Positions 15,386 through 24,027 of a DNA stretch of 64,000 bases are shown piece by piece. The position numbers were made by a program, and so were the translations under genes. The stretch covers positions 220 to 64,219 of the forward strand of contig CAMZEM010000002.1 of NCBI GenBank assembly GCA_947305805.1. The letters are read 5' to 3'. Numbering within the stretch: position 1 is the first letter of the stretch; every line of letters begins with the position of its first letter. Below the pieces are notes generated by a model. That model did no database searches. It saw only the letters and a list, made by a program, of their open reading frames with translations, and was not told where the DNA came from. The DNA comes from an uncultured Clostridia bacterium. GTDB lineage: Bacteria; Bacillota; Clostridia; Oscillospirales; UBA644.

Positions 15386-16909
15386 TTATTTTTCAGTAAT
15401 AAATCTGTGAGTGCTTACGCCGTCTATTTCCTCCGCCTTTGCATAAACAACTTCGCCTTCATAGCAAAGCTTGTCTTTAAGCTGCGAAAGGTGTTTTTTC
15501 ATATCGGGAAGGTGCGTTACGGCAATTACTCTTGCTTTGTAAAGCGCGGCAACGGCTATAAATTCGCTTAAAGCTATCGACGCCTCGTCAAACGAAGTTG
15601 ACTGATAAACCTCGTTGAAAAGCAGCATGTCGTTCGGCTTTATCATATCAAGGAAGCCCGAAACCGTTTCAACCTCTTCTTCAAAACGTCCCTGACCTAC
15701 GTCAAGAGCGGTAAAGTATGCGTATACGCCGGCAACGGGTGTGATTATCGCTTCGGTGCAGGGAACGGGCAGCGCCGCCTGTCCGAGCAGCTGAATTATG
15801 CCGACCGCTCTTAAAAAGACCGTCTTTCCGGCGTTGTTTTTACCGGTGATAACGTATGCCGCGCAGTCTTTGTCAAAAATCGCGTCGTTGGGAACAAGCA
15901 CGTCGCCGGGGCGTTCGTTTCTGTTTTTCTGATACTGTTTGAGAGAAAACCACAGATCGTATATGTTTTTGCATTCAAATCGGTTGCCTTCCGTGCAGAA
16001 TTCGGGGATGCACATGGGAAGACCGAGCCGCTCGTAGGTGCGTTCGAGTATCGCGGCAAAGTCGTAAAAATAAAATCCGTTACGTATTTTGTCAAACGGT
16101 TTTTTCATCTGATAAGTTACGGATTCCATAAAGGAAACGAGCTTAATCATACTTCTTTCGGCAAGGAACTGAAGCTGCTGATCCGAGTCTACGTCAAAAC
16201 CGATTGATATTACGGTTTTGTCTTTATCCTTCAATACCGGCGTATTCTGTCCGTAATTGTACGGATCGGAAGTGAGCGCAAACATCTCGCAGTCCAGAAT
16301 ACGGATGTATTTGTCAAGCTTAGTTAAAATAACGAATGAAGTGTTAAGATTAAGCGATTCGGCAAGCTCGGAAGCAACAGCTTTAAGCTCTGCAAATGCG
16401 GGATTTTCAACCTGCGCTGTAACAAATTCGCGCATTTTCAGCATAAGCTCCGAGCGAAGGTCTTTTTTCGCAAGCGTTTTGCCGTATTGCTCGTAAATTT
16501 CCTGTATCTTTAAAATACAGTCGGCAAGCGTCTGCACGGTGAATATGGAAGACTCTCTGTCTGAAGTGGTGGCTCTGCCGCCGGTTGTTGTGATTATCGA
16601 TGACGCGGAAGTTTTTACTATTTTCAGCGCGTCTTCAAGTTTAAGATTCAGTCTTTCGATAAGCTCAAACTCGTGAAGCAGCGATGCGTTGCGCCTGAAA
16701 TCGTCAAGTATCTCTTTTCTCCAGATAAGATTTTCCATATCCTGTTCGGGGTGGCTTAAAAGCGCAAACATCTTTTTCTGAAGAATAATATCTACCGTAA
16801 CTCCGCTTACAACCTCGTCAAGAAGCAGGCTTTTCATGGACATTTCAAGCTGTTTTGACGATTCTGTTTTCGAAGGGTTTTTGTAAAGAAGATCAAATTC
16901 GGGATACAT
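15386..16909 (-). CDS. MutS-related ATPase paralogue B (MutS domain V plus helical core only)
   Basis: Listed ORF extends to 16945. I prefer the ATG at 16909 (MYPEF...), 1 nt after the upstream stop and 8 nt after GGGAGGAAAAG. Motifs: Walker A TGKNNAGKT, QGRFEEE signature-like, Walker B LLFNE, H-loop VTHLP. 507 aa. Confidence 0.75.
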   Translation of the reverse strand: MYPEFDLLYKNPSKTESSKQLEMSMKSLLLDEVVSGVTVDIILQKKMFALLSHPEQDMENLIWRKEILDDFRRNASLLHEFELIERLNLKLEDALKIVKTSASSIITTTGGRATTSDRESSIFTVQTLADCILKIQEIYEQYGKTLAKKDLRSELMLKMREFVTAQVENPAFAELKAVASELAESLNLNTSFVILTKLDKYIRILDCEMFALTSDPYNYGQNTPVLKDKDKTVISIGFDVDSDQQLQFLAERSMIKLVSFMESVTYQMKKPFDKIRNGFYFYDFAAILERTYERLGLPMCIPEFCTEGNRFECKNIYDLWFSLKQYQKNRNERPGDVLVPNDAIFDKDCAAYVITGKNNAGKTVFLRAVGIIQLLGQAALPVPCTEAIITPVAGVYAYFTALDVGQGRFEEEVETVSGFLDMIKPNDMLLFNEVYQSTSFDEASIALSEFIAVAALYKARVIAVTHLPDMKKHLSQLKDKLCYEGEVVYAKAEEIDGVSTHRFITEK

Positions 16910-16910
16910 T

Positions 16911-18473
16911 TTACTTTTCCTCCCTCTTCTTCTGTATGCGTTCAAGCATCTGCTCTACCGTCATATCGTATTTCAGAAGAATATCTCTTGCAAACGATGA
17001 ATTCTGGGTGCTGAGCGGAACGATTTTGTAAAGCCGTTTTCCCGTTTTTTCGTCGTTCAACGCCGTTAACACGCCCGCGCAGTGCGGTCTGTCCGCCGTT
17101 TCCGCGGCGTAGTCTTTAAGACTGTGAAGATGCGTTACGAAAAGACCCGAAATATCGTGTTCGAGCACTTTGTCAACAAGCTCTGTTGAAAGCTTGTATG
17201 CGATATCCGCTTTCGTTGACGAATACGTTTCGTTGAAAAGCGCAAGACTCTGCCCGTCGGTAACATCGCGAAGAATTCTTTCAACTCTGCCCTGTTCCTC
17301 AACAAGTCTGCCCGAATTGTCGTTGTATTCCTCAACGGGGAAGTGGGTAAACATGCGTTTCATTATTTTTATCTTCGCCTTTTTTGCGGGAACGTGTCCG
17401 CACGCCTGGAAAAACAGCTGGCAAAGACCGACTGCGGAAAGATAAATCGTTTTTCCGCCCGCGTTCGGGCCGGTGATAAAGAAGAACGAGCTCTTTTCGT
17501 AAACGTAGTCGTTATATACTACCTGCTCGGGCGCAAGGCCTCTTTTAACAAGGAAAAGACTGTAAAAATCAAGGATATCCGTTGATTCTGCGGGAACTGC
17601 CTTGGCGCATGCAAAGCCTTTTTCGATTATTTCTCTGAAAATTCTGGCAAAGCCGATAACGGCATCGAGTTTCTTTATAAGGTCAAGCCATGCGGTATCG
17701 AATACGTCTTTGTATTTTTCGTGGAAAGTATCGATATTTTTGAAGATATCGTAATAAAGAGTGTAAAGCGATTTGAAAACGGGACGCGTAAACTCTCTCG
17801 GCTGATGAACCGCAGGCGCATACGCTTCGGAAACGTCAAGCCCGAGTCTGCCGGTAATTCCCGCAAGATTCATCATAAGCGATTTATCTTCGGTTTTGGG
17901 AATTATGCTGTTTTCAATGTTCTGCCCGCGTGAAAAAAATCTGTTTAAGCGTATTTCGCCTATCGTTTCAAGACTGTCGCGAAGACCCGCCATATCTTTG
18001 AGTATCGCTTCAAGCTCCTTCTTTTTGCCGTCGGAACACGCCTCGGCAAGAATTGCCTTTACGGGCTCCGAAAGTACGCTTTTATCGAGAGCTTCCGCTC
18101 CGTCCATAAATTTTTTGTATACTTCCGTGAATTTTTCTATTATGAGAAACGTTTTCATCGTTGCCATTTCAGGAACGTTTTTAAACATTTTAAGCTCGTA
18201 AAGCAGATTCAGATCCCACAGATCGGCGCGCAGATTGCAAAACAGCGAAAACAGTCCGTCGTTTTTAATCATATCGCCTATGATATCCGCGCGGTATGAT
18301 ATTATCTCTCTGTCGCTGCAAAACTGGTTAAGTATTTCCAGCGTTGCCTCTTCCTGCTCTTTTGACGCAAGAAAAGCGTTTAAAAGCTCTTCAAGCTGCA
18401 TATCAACGGCAACGCAGTAGTCAAGCGTTTTTACATCCGGCTGAGCTTTTATCGGATCGAAAAACAGTTTCAT
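16911..18473 (-). CDS. MutS-related ATPase paralogue A (MutS domain V plus helical core only)
   Basis: 520 aa. Motifs: Walker A TGPNAGGKT, SGRLVEEQ signature-like, Walker B LALFNE, H-loop VTHLHSL. The first roughly 320 aa are helical. No Smr or mismatch-binding domain is visible. Confidence 0.75.
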   Translation of the reverse strand: MKLFFDPIKAQPDVKTLDYCVAVDMQLEELLNAFLASKEQEEATLEILNQFCSDREIISYRADIIGDMIKNDGLFSLFCNLRADLWDLNLLYELKMFKNVPEMATMKTFLIIEKFTEVYKKFMDGAEALDKSVLSEPVKAILAEACSDGKKKELEAILKDMAGLRDSLETIGEIRLNRFFSRGQNIENSIIPKTEDKSLMMNLAGITGRLGLDVSEAYAPAVHQPREFTRPVFKSLYTLYYDIFKNIDTFHEKYKDVFDTAWLDLIKKLDAVIGFARIFREIIEKGFACAKAVPAESTDILDFYSLFLVKRGLAPEQVVYNDYVYEKSSFFFITGPNAGGKTIYLSAVGLCQLFFQACGHVPAKKAKIKIMKRMFTHFPVEEYNDNSGRLVEEQGRVERILRDVTDGQSLALFNETYSSTKADIAYKLSTELVDKVLEHDISGLFVTHLHSLKDYAAETADRPHCAGVLTALNDEKTGKRLYKIVPLSTQNSSFARDILLKYDMTVEQMLERIQKKREEK

Positions 18474-18476
18474 TTA

Positions 18477-19193
18477 TCAAAATCCTTTCTTCATCTCAAC
18501 ATAATGTTTCTTTCTCATGGCGCGGCGCGCGGCTTTGAATATCGCTCTTGCTTCTCTGCCCGAAACGGCGCTTTTTGCGGGTTTGGCGGGATAAAAGCTG
18601 TTTGCAACGGCTATGCCGTAATAAATCGTGTCTCCGTCAACAATATCTATATTGCTTTTTGTTCTGACAAACTTTACCGACGGATTTATAAGCACAACGG
18701 GCACGCACGATACGGGCATATCCTTTATTGCGTAGTTTACGCTCGCGGCGTATTTAACGAGCCCGACGGGGGATTTTCTTTTGCGTTTATGCACTGTAAA
18801 ATTGTGAAAAGCCATTGTCATCGTGCCGATAATACCTTCGTTTTCGGTAGGCGCAAGACCTCTGTGGCTTGATATCTCCCAGTAATCGGGTTCTGAAAAC
18901 ATTACCGTTGATTTAAGCTTGCGGTAGCTTCTGAGCTTTATTAAGTATAGCTTGTTTCCCGAAAGAAGCATATAGTCGGGTTTATGATTCCAGAAATGGG
19001 GGATTATAAATCCCGGCCAGCCGACCTTTGCGAATTTTGCACCGCAGAAAACGCACCTGAAAAACAGTATTATTCTTAATACGATATATCTTGTGAGCGG
19101 TATTATTACAAAACACAGCAAAGAGACCGTTGCGGCCGAAATGAGAATAACAAGTCCGAAAACCTGAAAAAACGACATCGCCAGGGGCAGCAT
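18477..19193 (-). CDS. membrane-anchored protein with NERD-like soluble domain (tentative)
   Basis: 238 aa. Hydrophobic N-terminus (aa 8-47), then KPDYMLLSGNKLYLIKLRSY...YWEI...VPVVLINPSV. This spacing resembles NERD / PD-(D/E)xK domains but has K-L-R where E-x-K is expected. The stop is 3 nt before the next ATG. Confidence 0.45.
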   Translation of the reverse strand: MLPLAMSFFQVFGLVILISAATVSLLCFVIIPLTRYIVLRIILFFRCVFCGAKFAKVGWPGFIIPHFWNHKPDYMLLSGNKLYLIKLRSYRKLKSTVMFSEPDYWEISSHRGLAPTENEGIIGTMTMAFHNFTVHKRKRKSPVGLVKYAASVNYAIKDMPVSCVPVVLINPSVKFVRTKSNIDIVDGDTIYYGIAVANSFYPAKPAKSAVSGREARAIFKAARRAMRKKHYVEMKKGF

Positions 19194-19228
19194 CTGTATT
19201 CAATCTCCGTTTCATATTGTCTCATTCT

Positions 19229-19257
19229 ATTATATCATATATTATCCGATAATTCAA
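19229..19257 (-). promoter_or_regulatory. promoter TTGAAT-17-TGaTATAAT for the NERD-like/MutS-like operon
   Basis: On the - strand TTGAAT is at 19257-19252 and TATAAT at 19234-19229 with an upstream TG, about 35 nt upstream of the ATG at 19193. Confidence 0.55.
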
Positions 19258-19321
19258 CTGTTATTTTATGTCATTTATCGTAAAAAGAAATAAAGAGTTT
19301 CGGGTATATCGCATTTCCGTA

Positions 19322-19350
19322 TTGATATTTGCTTTTTTTTATGCTATAAT
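19322..19350 (+). promoter_or_regulatory. promoter TTGATA-17-TGcTATAAT for the ABC exporter operon
   Basis: TTGATA 19322-19327 and TATAAT 19345-19350 preceded by TG. It lies inside the over-extended listed ORF 19268.., which supports the later start. Confidence 0.55.
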
Positions 19351-19399
19351 AAAACAATGGAAAATCATGATTTGTATTTGCGAAAAAAGGGACAGTGAC

Positions 19400-21112
19400 A
19401 TGATAAAACTGCTTCGCTATCTTAAAGGTCACCGCGCGGAAAGCATTCTCGGCCCGCTTTTCAAGTTTCTTGAAGCGTGCTTTGAGCTTGCCGTGCCGGT
19501 TATAGTGGCGAATATGATAGACGTCGGCATCAAAAACGGAGATACCGATTACGTTCTGATGTGCGGCGGAATTGTTGTTCTGATGGGGCTTCTCGGCTTT
19601 GTAAGCGCAATTACCGCGCAGTATTTTGCCGCAAAGGCGTCAATGGCGTTCGGCACGGAGCTGAGAAACGATCTTTACAGACATATCTCCTCTTTTTCTT
19701 CTTCCGAGCTTGACAGATTCGGCACGTCGTCGCTTATTACCCGTCTAGGCGCAGACGTTATTCAGACGCAGGCGGGCATAAATCTTATTTTGCGCCTTTT
19801 GCTGCGGTCTCCGTTTATAGTTATCGGTGCGGTTATAGCGTCGTTTCTTATAAACGTACGTCTTGCGCTGATATTCGTCGGAGCGGTTATATTCCTCTCG
19901 GCAACGGTCTGGATAATAATGAGAAAACTTTTGCCGCTTTATACAAAAACAAGAAAAAATCTTGACGGAATAACCGTAAAAACGCGCGAAAATCTTACCG
20001 GCGCAAGGGTTGTCCGTTCATTTGCGGCTCAGGAAAGCGAAAAAGAAGAGTTTGACGCGGCTGCGGACGGGCTTTATACGTCGCAGATAGTTTCGGGTAA
20101 AATATCAGCGCTTTTAAACCCGCTTTCGTATTCCGTTATAAATCTTGCCGCGGCATCGCTCATGTGGTACGGGGCATTTTCGGTCAATATCGGCGAAGTT
20201 ACGCAGGGGCAGATTATTGCGCTGCTTAATTATATGACTCAGATTCTTATCGCGCTGCTTGCGCTTGCCAATCTGATAGTAATGATAACAAAATCCACGT
20301 CGTCCGCCGCAAGAATAAACGAGGTGTTTGCCGTTTCTCCGTCGCTTGAAGACGGAAAGGAAGCGCTGGGCGAAGTGGAAAAAATAGAATTTAAAAACGT
20401 TTCGTATAAATACCCCGGCGCATCGGGATATTCCGTTAAAGATATATCTTTTACCGCAAAAAGAGGTATGACGGTAGGAATAGTGGGCAGTACAGGCTCG
20501 GGTAAATCAACGGTGGCGTCTTTGCTTCTGCGCGAGACGGACCCGACGGAGGGAACCGTTGAAATAAACGGACGCCGGCTTAAAGATTACACTTTTCAGT
20601 CGATTCGCTCCGCTTTCGCCGCAGTGCCTCAAAAGGCGTCTCTTTTTTCGGGAACGGTGCGCGAAAACCTTCTCTGGCGTGATAAAAACGCAACGGACGA
20701 AGAGCTTTTCGCGGCTCTTAAAACGGCAATGGCTTCGGAGTTTATAGGTAACGACCTTGACAGACAGGTTGCCAAGGCGGGAACAAATTTTTCGGGCGGA
20801 CAGAGACAGCGGCTTACAATTGCAAGAGCGCTCGTGGGCAGGTCCGACGTGCTGCTTCTTGACGACAGCGCTTCGGCTCTAGACTACGCAACCGATGCCG
20901 CGCTCAGAAAGGCGATATCGTCGCTTCCCGGCAATAAAACCGTCTTTATCGTTTCACAGCGTATTTCTGCGGTTAAAAATGCGGATATGATAATCGTGCT
21001 GGACGAGGGCAGACTTGCCGGAACGGGAACGCACGGGGAGCTTCTTGATTCCTGCCCCGTTTATGCGGAAATATGCGCATCGCAGACGTCGGAGGTGCGA
21101 AATGAAAAATAG
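19400..21112 (+). CDS. ABC transporter ATP-binding/permease protein (type I exporter half-transporter)
   Basis: Start moved to the ATG at 19400 (MIKLLRYLKG), downstream of the promoter and AAGGGA. Six-TM domain, then Walker A GSTGSGKST, signature FSGGQRQR and Walker B LLLDDS. Confidence 0.85.
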   Translation: MIKLLRYLKGHRAESILGPLFKFLEACFELAVPVIVANMIDVGIKNGDTDYVLMCGGIVVLMGLLGFVSAITAQYFAAKASMAFGTELRNDLYRHISSFSSSELDRFGTSSLITRLGADVIQTQAGINLILRLLLRSPFIVIGAVIASFLINVRLALIFVGAVIFLSATVWIIMRKLLPLYTKTRKNLDGITVKTRENLTGARVVRSFAAQESEKEEFDAAADGLYTSQIVSGKISALLNPLSYSVINLAAASLMWYGAFSVNIGEVTQGQIIALLNYMTQILIALLALANLIVMITKSTSSAARINEVFAVSPSLEDGKEALGEVEKIEFKNVSYKYPGASGYSVKDISFTAKRGMTVGIVGSTGSGKSTVASLLLRETDPTEGTVEINGRRLKDYTFQSIRSAFAAVPQKASLFSGTVRENLLWRDKNATDEELFAALKTAMASEFIGNDLDRQVAKAGTNFSGGQRQRLTIARALVGRSDVLLLDDSASALDYATDAALRKAISSLPGNKTVFIVSQRISAVKNADMIIVLDEGRLAGTGTHGELLDSCPVYAEICASQTSEVRNEK

Positions 21113-22856
21113 AAACGTTAAGTCCGACGGCGTTATAAAAAGAATAATCGCACTTGTTTCCCCTTACCGTATACAGCTCGTTTTCTCTCTTGTTTTTGCC
21201 TCGGCATACGTTGCGCTTTCGCTTTTTGCTCCGATTGTATCGGGAAAAGCCGTTGACGCGATGGTAACGAAAAACACGGTGGATTTTGATGCGGTATTCA
21301 GATACGCGGTAATTTACTCCTGCGTGGTTGCGGGAGCGTCGCTTTGTCAGTGGCTTATGACTCATCTGACGAATATAATAACTTACAAAACGGTTCTTAA
21401 ACTCAGAAAAGACCTTTTTGCAAAGATAACCGACCTTTCCGTGGGATATATCGATTCGCACGCTCACGGCGATATCTTATCGAGAGTGATAAATGATGTT
21501 GAGCAGCTTTCCGACGGACTTCTGATGGGCTTTTCGCAGCTTTTTACGGGGATACTGACCATAGTTGCAACGATAGGGTTTATGATTTCAATTAATATTC
21601 CCATTGCGCTCGTTGTTGTTGTATTTACTCCTCTTTCGCTTTTTGTTGCATCGTTTATCGCAAAAAACACGTATTCGATGTTTAAAAAGCAGTCCGAAAT
21701 ACGCGGCGATATGACATCCCTTATAGAGGAATCGGTAGGCGGTGCAAAAACAGTAAACGTTTTCGGCAAAGCGGACGACACGGCGGAAAAGATTGCGAGA
21801 ACGGGTGAAGAGCTCAGAAAATGCGGCGTTAAGGCGCTGTTTTTCTCATCGATAACAAACCCTGCAACACGGTTTGTAAACAATGCCGTGTATGCCGCAG
21901 TGGCTATCCTCGGCGCATTTTCCGCAATAAAAGGCGGAGGAATTACCGTAGGACAGCTTTCGTCGTTTTTAATGTATGCAAACCAGTATACAAAGCCGTT
22001 TAACGAAATTTCCGGAGTAATTGCGGAATTCGTGGGCGCGAAAGCATCTGCGGAGCGTATTTTCAACTTGCTTGACGAAAAGAGCGTTGAGTCGTCGCTT
22101 TCGGGAGAGATATTACCCGAAAATGTCCGGCATATCGATTTTGCGTCAGTATCTTTTTCGTATTCGCCCGAAAAACCGCTTATAGAGGATTTCTGCCTGT
22201 CCGTTCCGTACGGAAAGATGATAGCGATTGTCGGCCCCACGGGATGCGGAAAAACAACGCTTATAAATCTGCTGCTTCGTTTTTACGACGTTAATTCCGG
22301 CGAAATACGCCTTGGCGGCGTTCCTGTAAAAGAGCTTGAACTTAACGCTCTTCGCAGAAACTTCGGTATGGTATTGCAGGATACGTGGCTGAAAAACGGA
22401 ACGGTTGCGGAAAACATAGCGTACGGCAGAAAAAACGCAACGCGCGAGGAAATAGTTGCCGCGGCGGTACGCGCTCACGCCGACAGCTTTATTTCAAGCC
22501 TTGAAAACGGTTACGATACCGTAATAAAAGAGGACGGGGACAACCTTTCGCAGGGGCAGAAACAGATGCTTTGCATAAGCCGCGTTATGCTTTCGCTGCC
22601 GCCGATGCTTATTCTTGACGAGGCAACGTCTTCGATAGACACGCTTACGGAGCTCAGAATAAGAAACGCGTTTGACGAGATGACTGAGGGACGCACGAGC
22701 TTTGTTGTCGCTCACCGCCTTTCCACAATAACGAAAGCGGATCTCGTTCTTGTTATGAAAAGCGGAAAAATAGTGGAAAAAGGCACGCACACCGAGCTGC
22801 TTAAAGCAGGCGGATTTTACAAAACGCTTTACGAAAGCCAGTTTGAAACGGAATAA
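21102..22856 (+). CDS. ABC transporter ATP-binding/permease protein (heterodimer partner)
   Basis: Start at the ATG at 21102 (MKNRNVKSD), overlapping the upstream stop by 11 nt. Walker A GPTGCGKTT, signature LSQGQKQM and Walker B LILDEATS. Confidence 0.85.
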   Translation: MKNRNVKSDGVIKRIIALVSPYRIQLVFSLVFASAYVALSLFAPIVSGKAVDAMVTKNTVDFDAVFRYAVIYSCVVAGASLCQWLMTHLTNIITYKTVLKLRKDLFAKITDLSVGYIDSHAHGDILSRVINDVEQLSDGLLMGFSQLFTGILTIVATIGFMISINIPIALVVVVFTPLSLFVASFIAKNTYSMFKKQSEIRGDMTSLIEESVGGAKTVNVFGKADDTAEKIARTGEELRKCGVKALFFSSITNPATRFVNNAVYAAVAILGAFSAIKGGGITVGQLSSFLMYANQYTKPFNEISGVIAEFVGAKASAERIFNLLDEKSVESSLSGEILPENVRHIDFASVSFSYSPEKPLIEDFCLSVPYGKMIAIVGPTGCGKTTLINLLLRFYDVNSGEIRLGGVPVKELELNALRRNFGMVLQDTWLKNGTVAENIAYGRKNATREEIVAAAVRAHADSFISSLENGYDTVIKEDGDNLSQGQKQMLCISRVMLSLPPMLILDEATSSIDTLTELRIRNAFDEMTEGRTSFVVAHRLSTITKADLVLVMKSGKIVEKGTHTELLKAGGFYKTLYESQFETE

Positions 22857-22909
22857 TTCCCTTAAAACGGGTTTTAAGTAATATATATTAATCATTTACG
22901 GAGGAAAAG

Positions 22910-24007
22910 ATGAAAAAAACAGTTTCCATATTATTGGCGGTTTTATTGGTTGCAATTACCCTTACTTCCTGCAACGCGGAAGGGGAACCGAATGTCGTTA
23001 CAGACCCTGTTACGGGTCAGAAGGTCGATTACAGTCTTACAAATTATTCCGCAAGCGACGGACTTGACATAAACGGGTTTTTCAAGGATATCACCGCTTT
23101 GGATTACGTTACGCTTCCCGAATACAAGGGCGTAAAAGTCTCTTCTGAAGTCCTTGAAGCAAGCGAGGAAGACGTTGAAGCTCAGATTGCGGGCATACTT
23201 GAAGAGTATGCAACTTATGAGGAAATAACCGACAGGGCCGTTGAAGACGGAGACACGGTAAACATTGATTATATAGGCACGGTGGACGGCGTTGAGTTTG
23301 ACGGCGGTTCAACGGGCGGAATGGGCACAGACGTTACGATAGGAGTAACGAATTATATAGACGATTTTCTCGAACAGCTTATCGGCCATATGCCCGGAGA
23401 CGTATTTGACGTTTGCGTAACTTTCCCCGTAAATTACGGCGTTGATTCTCTTAACGGCAAAGACGCGATTTTCAGCACTACGATAAACTATATATGCGGC
23501 GATGCGGTTGAGGTTGAGCTTACCGACGAGATTGCCATGGATTACGGCTTTGAAACCGTGGAGGATTTAAAACAGGATATAAGGGACTGGCTTGTAACAC
23601 AGCAAAAGTCGGATTTCTTTACGGAGCTTATTTATGAAAGTGAGCTTAAAAATGATATTCCGCAGCAGGTTCTTAATTTTGTGGTAAAATCCGATCTTTC
23701 CAACTATCAGTATTATGCCGATGCTTACGGAGTAACGCTTGACGAATTTATGTATTCGTCTTTAGGTTACGAAAATACCGAAGTATACGTAGAAAACAAT
23801 ATGGAGTCATACAGAAACAATGCTCTTTACTGCCTTGCAATTCAGGCGATAGCAGAAAAAGAGGGCCTGACCGTTACCGATATGGACGTTTCGGATGCCG
23901 GACTTTCCGATTACGTTGAAACTTACGGTATGCCGTTTTTAAAACAGTATTTATTGCAGACGGTCGCCGTTCCTTCGTTCGTTACGGACAATGCAGCAGT
24001 CGAGTAA
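22910..24007 (+). CDS. lipoprotein, trigger-factor-like / FKBP-type peptidyl-prolyl isomerase
   Basis: 365 aa. Lipobox LTSC after a signal peptide. GDTVNIDYIGTVDGVEFDGGSTGG is the trigger-factor PPIase block, and the C-terminal helical arm resembles the TF C-domain. Confidence 0.7.
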   Translation: MKKTVSILLAVLLVAITLTSCNAEGEPNVVTDPVTGQKVDYSLTNYSASDGLDINGFFKDITALDYVTLPEYKGVKVSSEVLEASEEDVEAQIAGILEEYATYEEITDRAVEDGDTVNIDYIGTVDGVEFDGGSTGGMGTDVTIGVTNYIDDFLEQLIGHMPGDVFDVCVTFPVNYGVDSLNGKDAIFSTTINYICGDAVEVELTDEIAMDYGFETVEDLKQDIRDWLVTQQKSDFFTELIYESELKNDIPQQVLNFVVKSDLSNYQYYADAYGVTLDEFMYSSLGYENTEVYVENNMESYRNNALYCLAIQAIAEKEGLTVTDMDVSDAGLSDYVETYGMPFLKQYLLQTVAVPSFVTDNAAVE

Positions 24008-24027
24008 ATCCGTCTGTCAGTGTAAAA

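Noticed and set aside
19268-19399. N-terminal extension of the first ABC transporter ORF, and a 13-codon uORF (ATG at 19357)
   Set aside because: The extended-consensus promoter (19322-19350) lies inside the extension, so it cannot be translated from that transcript. The uORF would be leaderless, is out of frame and has no support beyond its existence. Similar over-extended starts were trimmed at 21015, 29917, 34308, 51314, 53281, 56014, 57405, 58573 and 16945.
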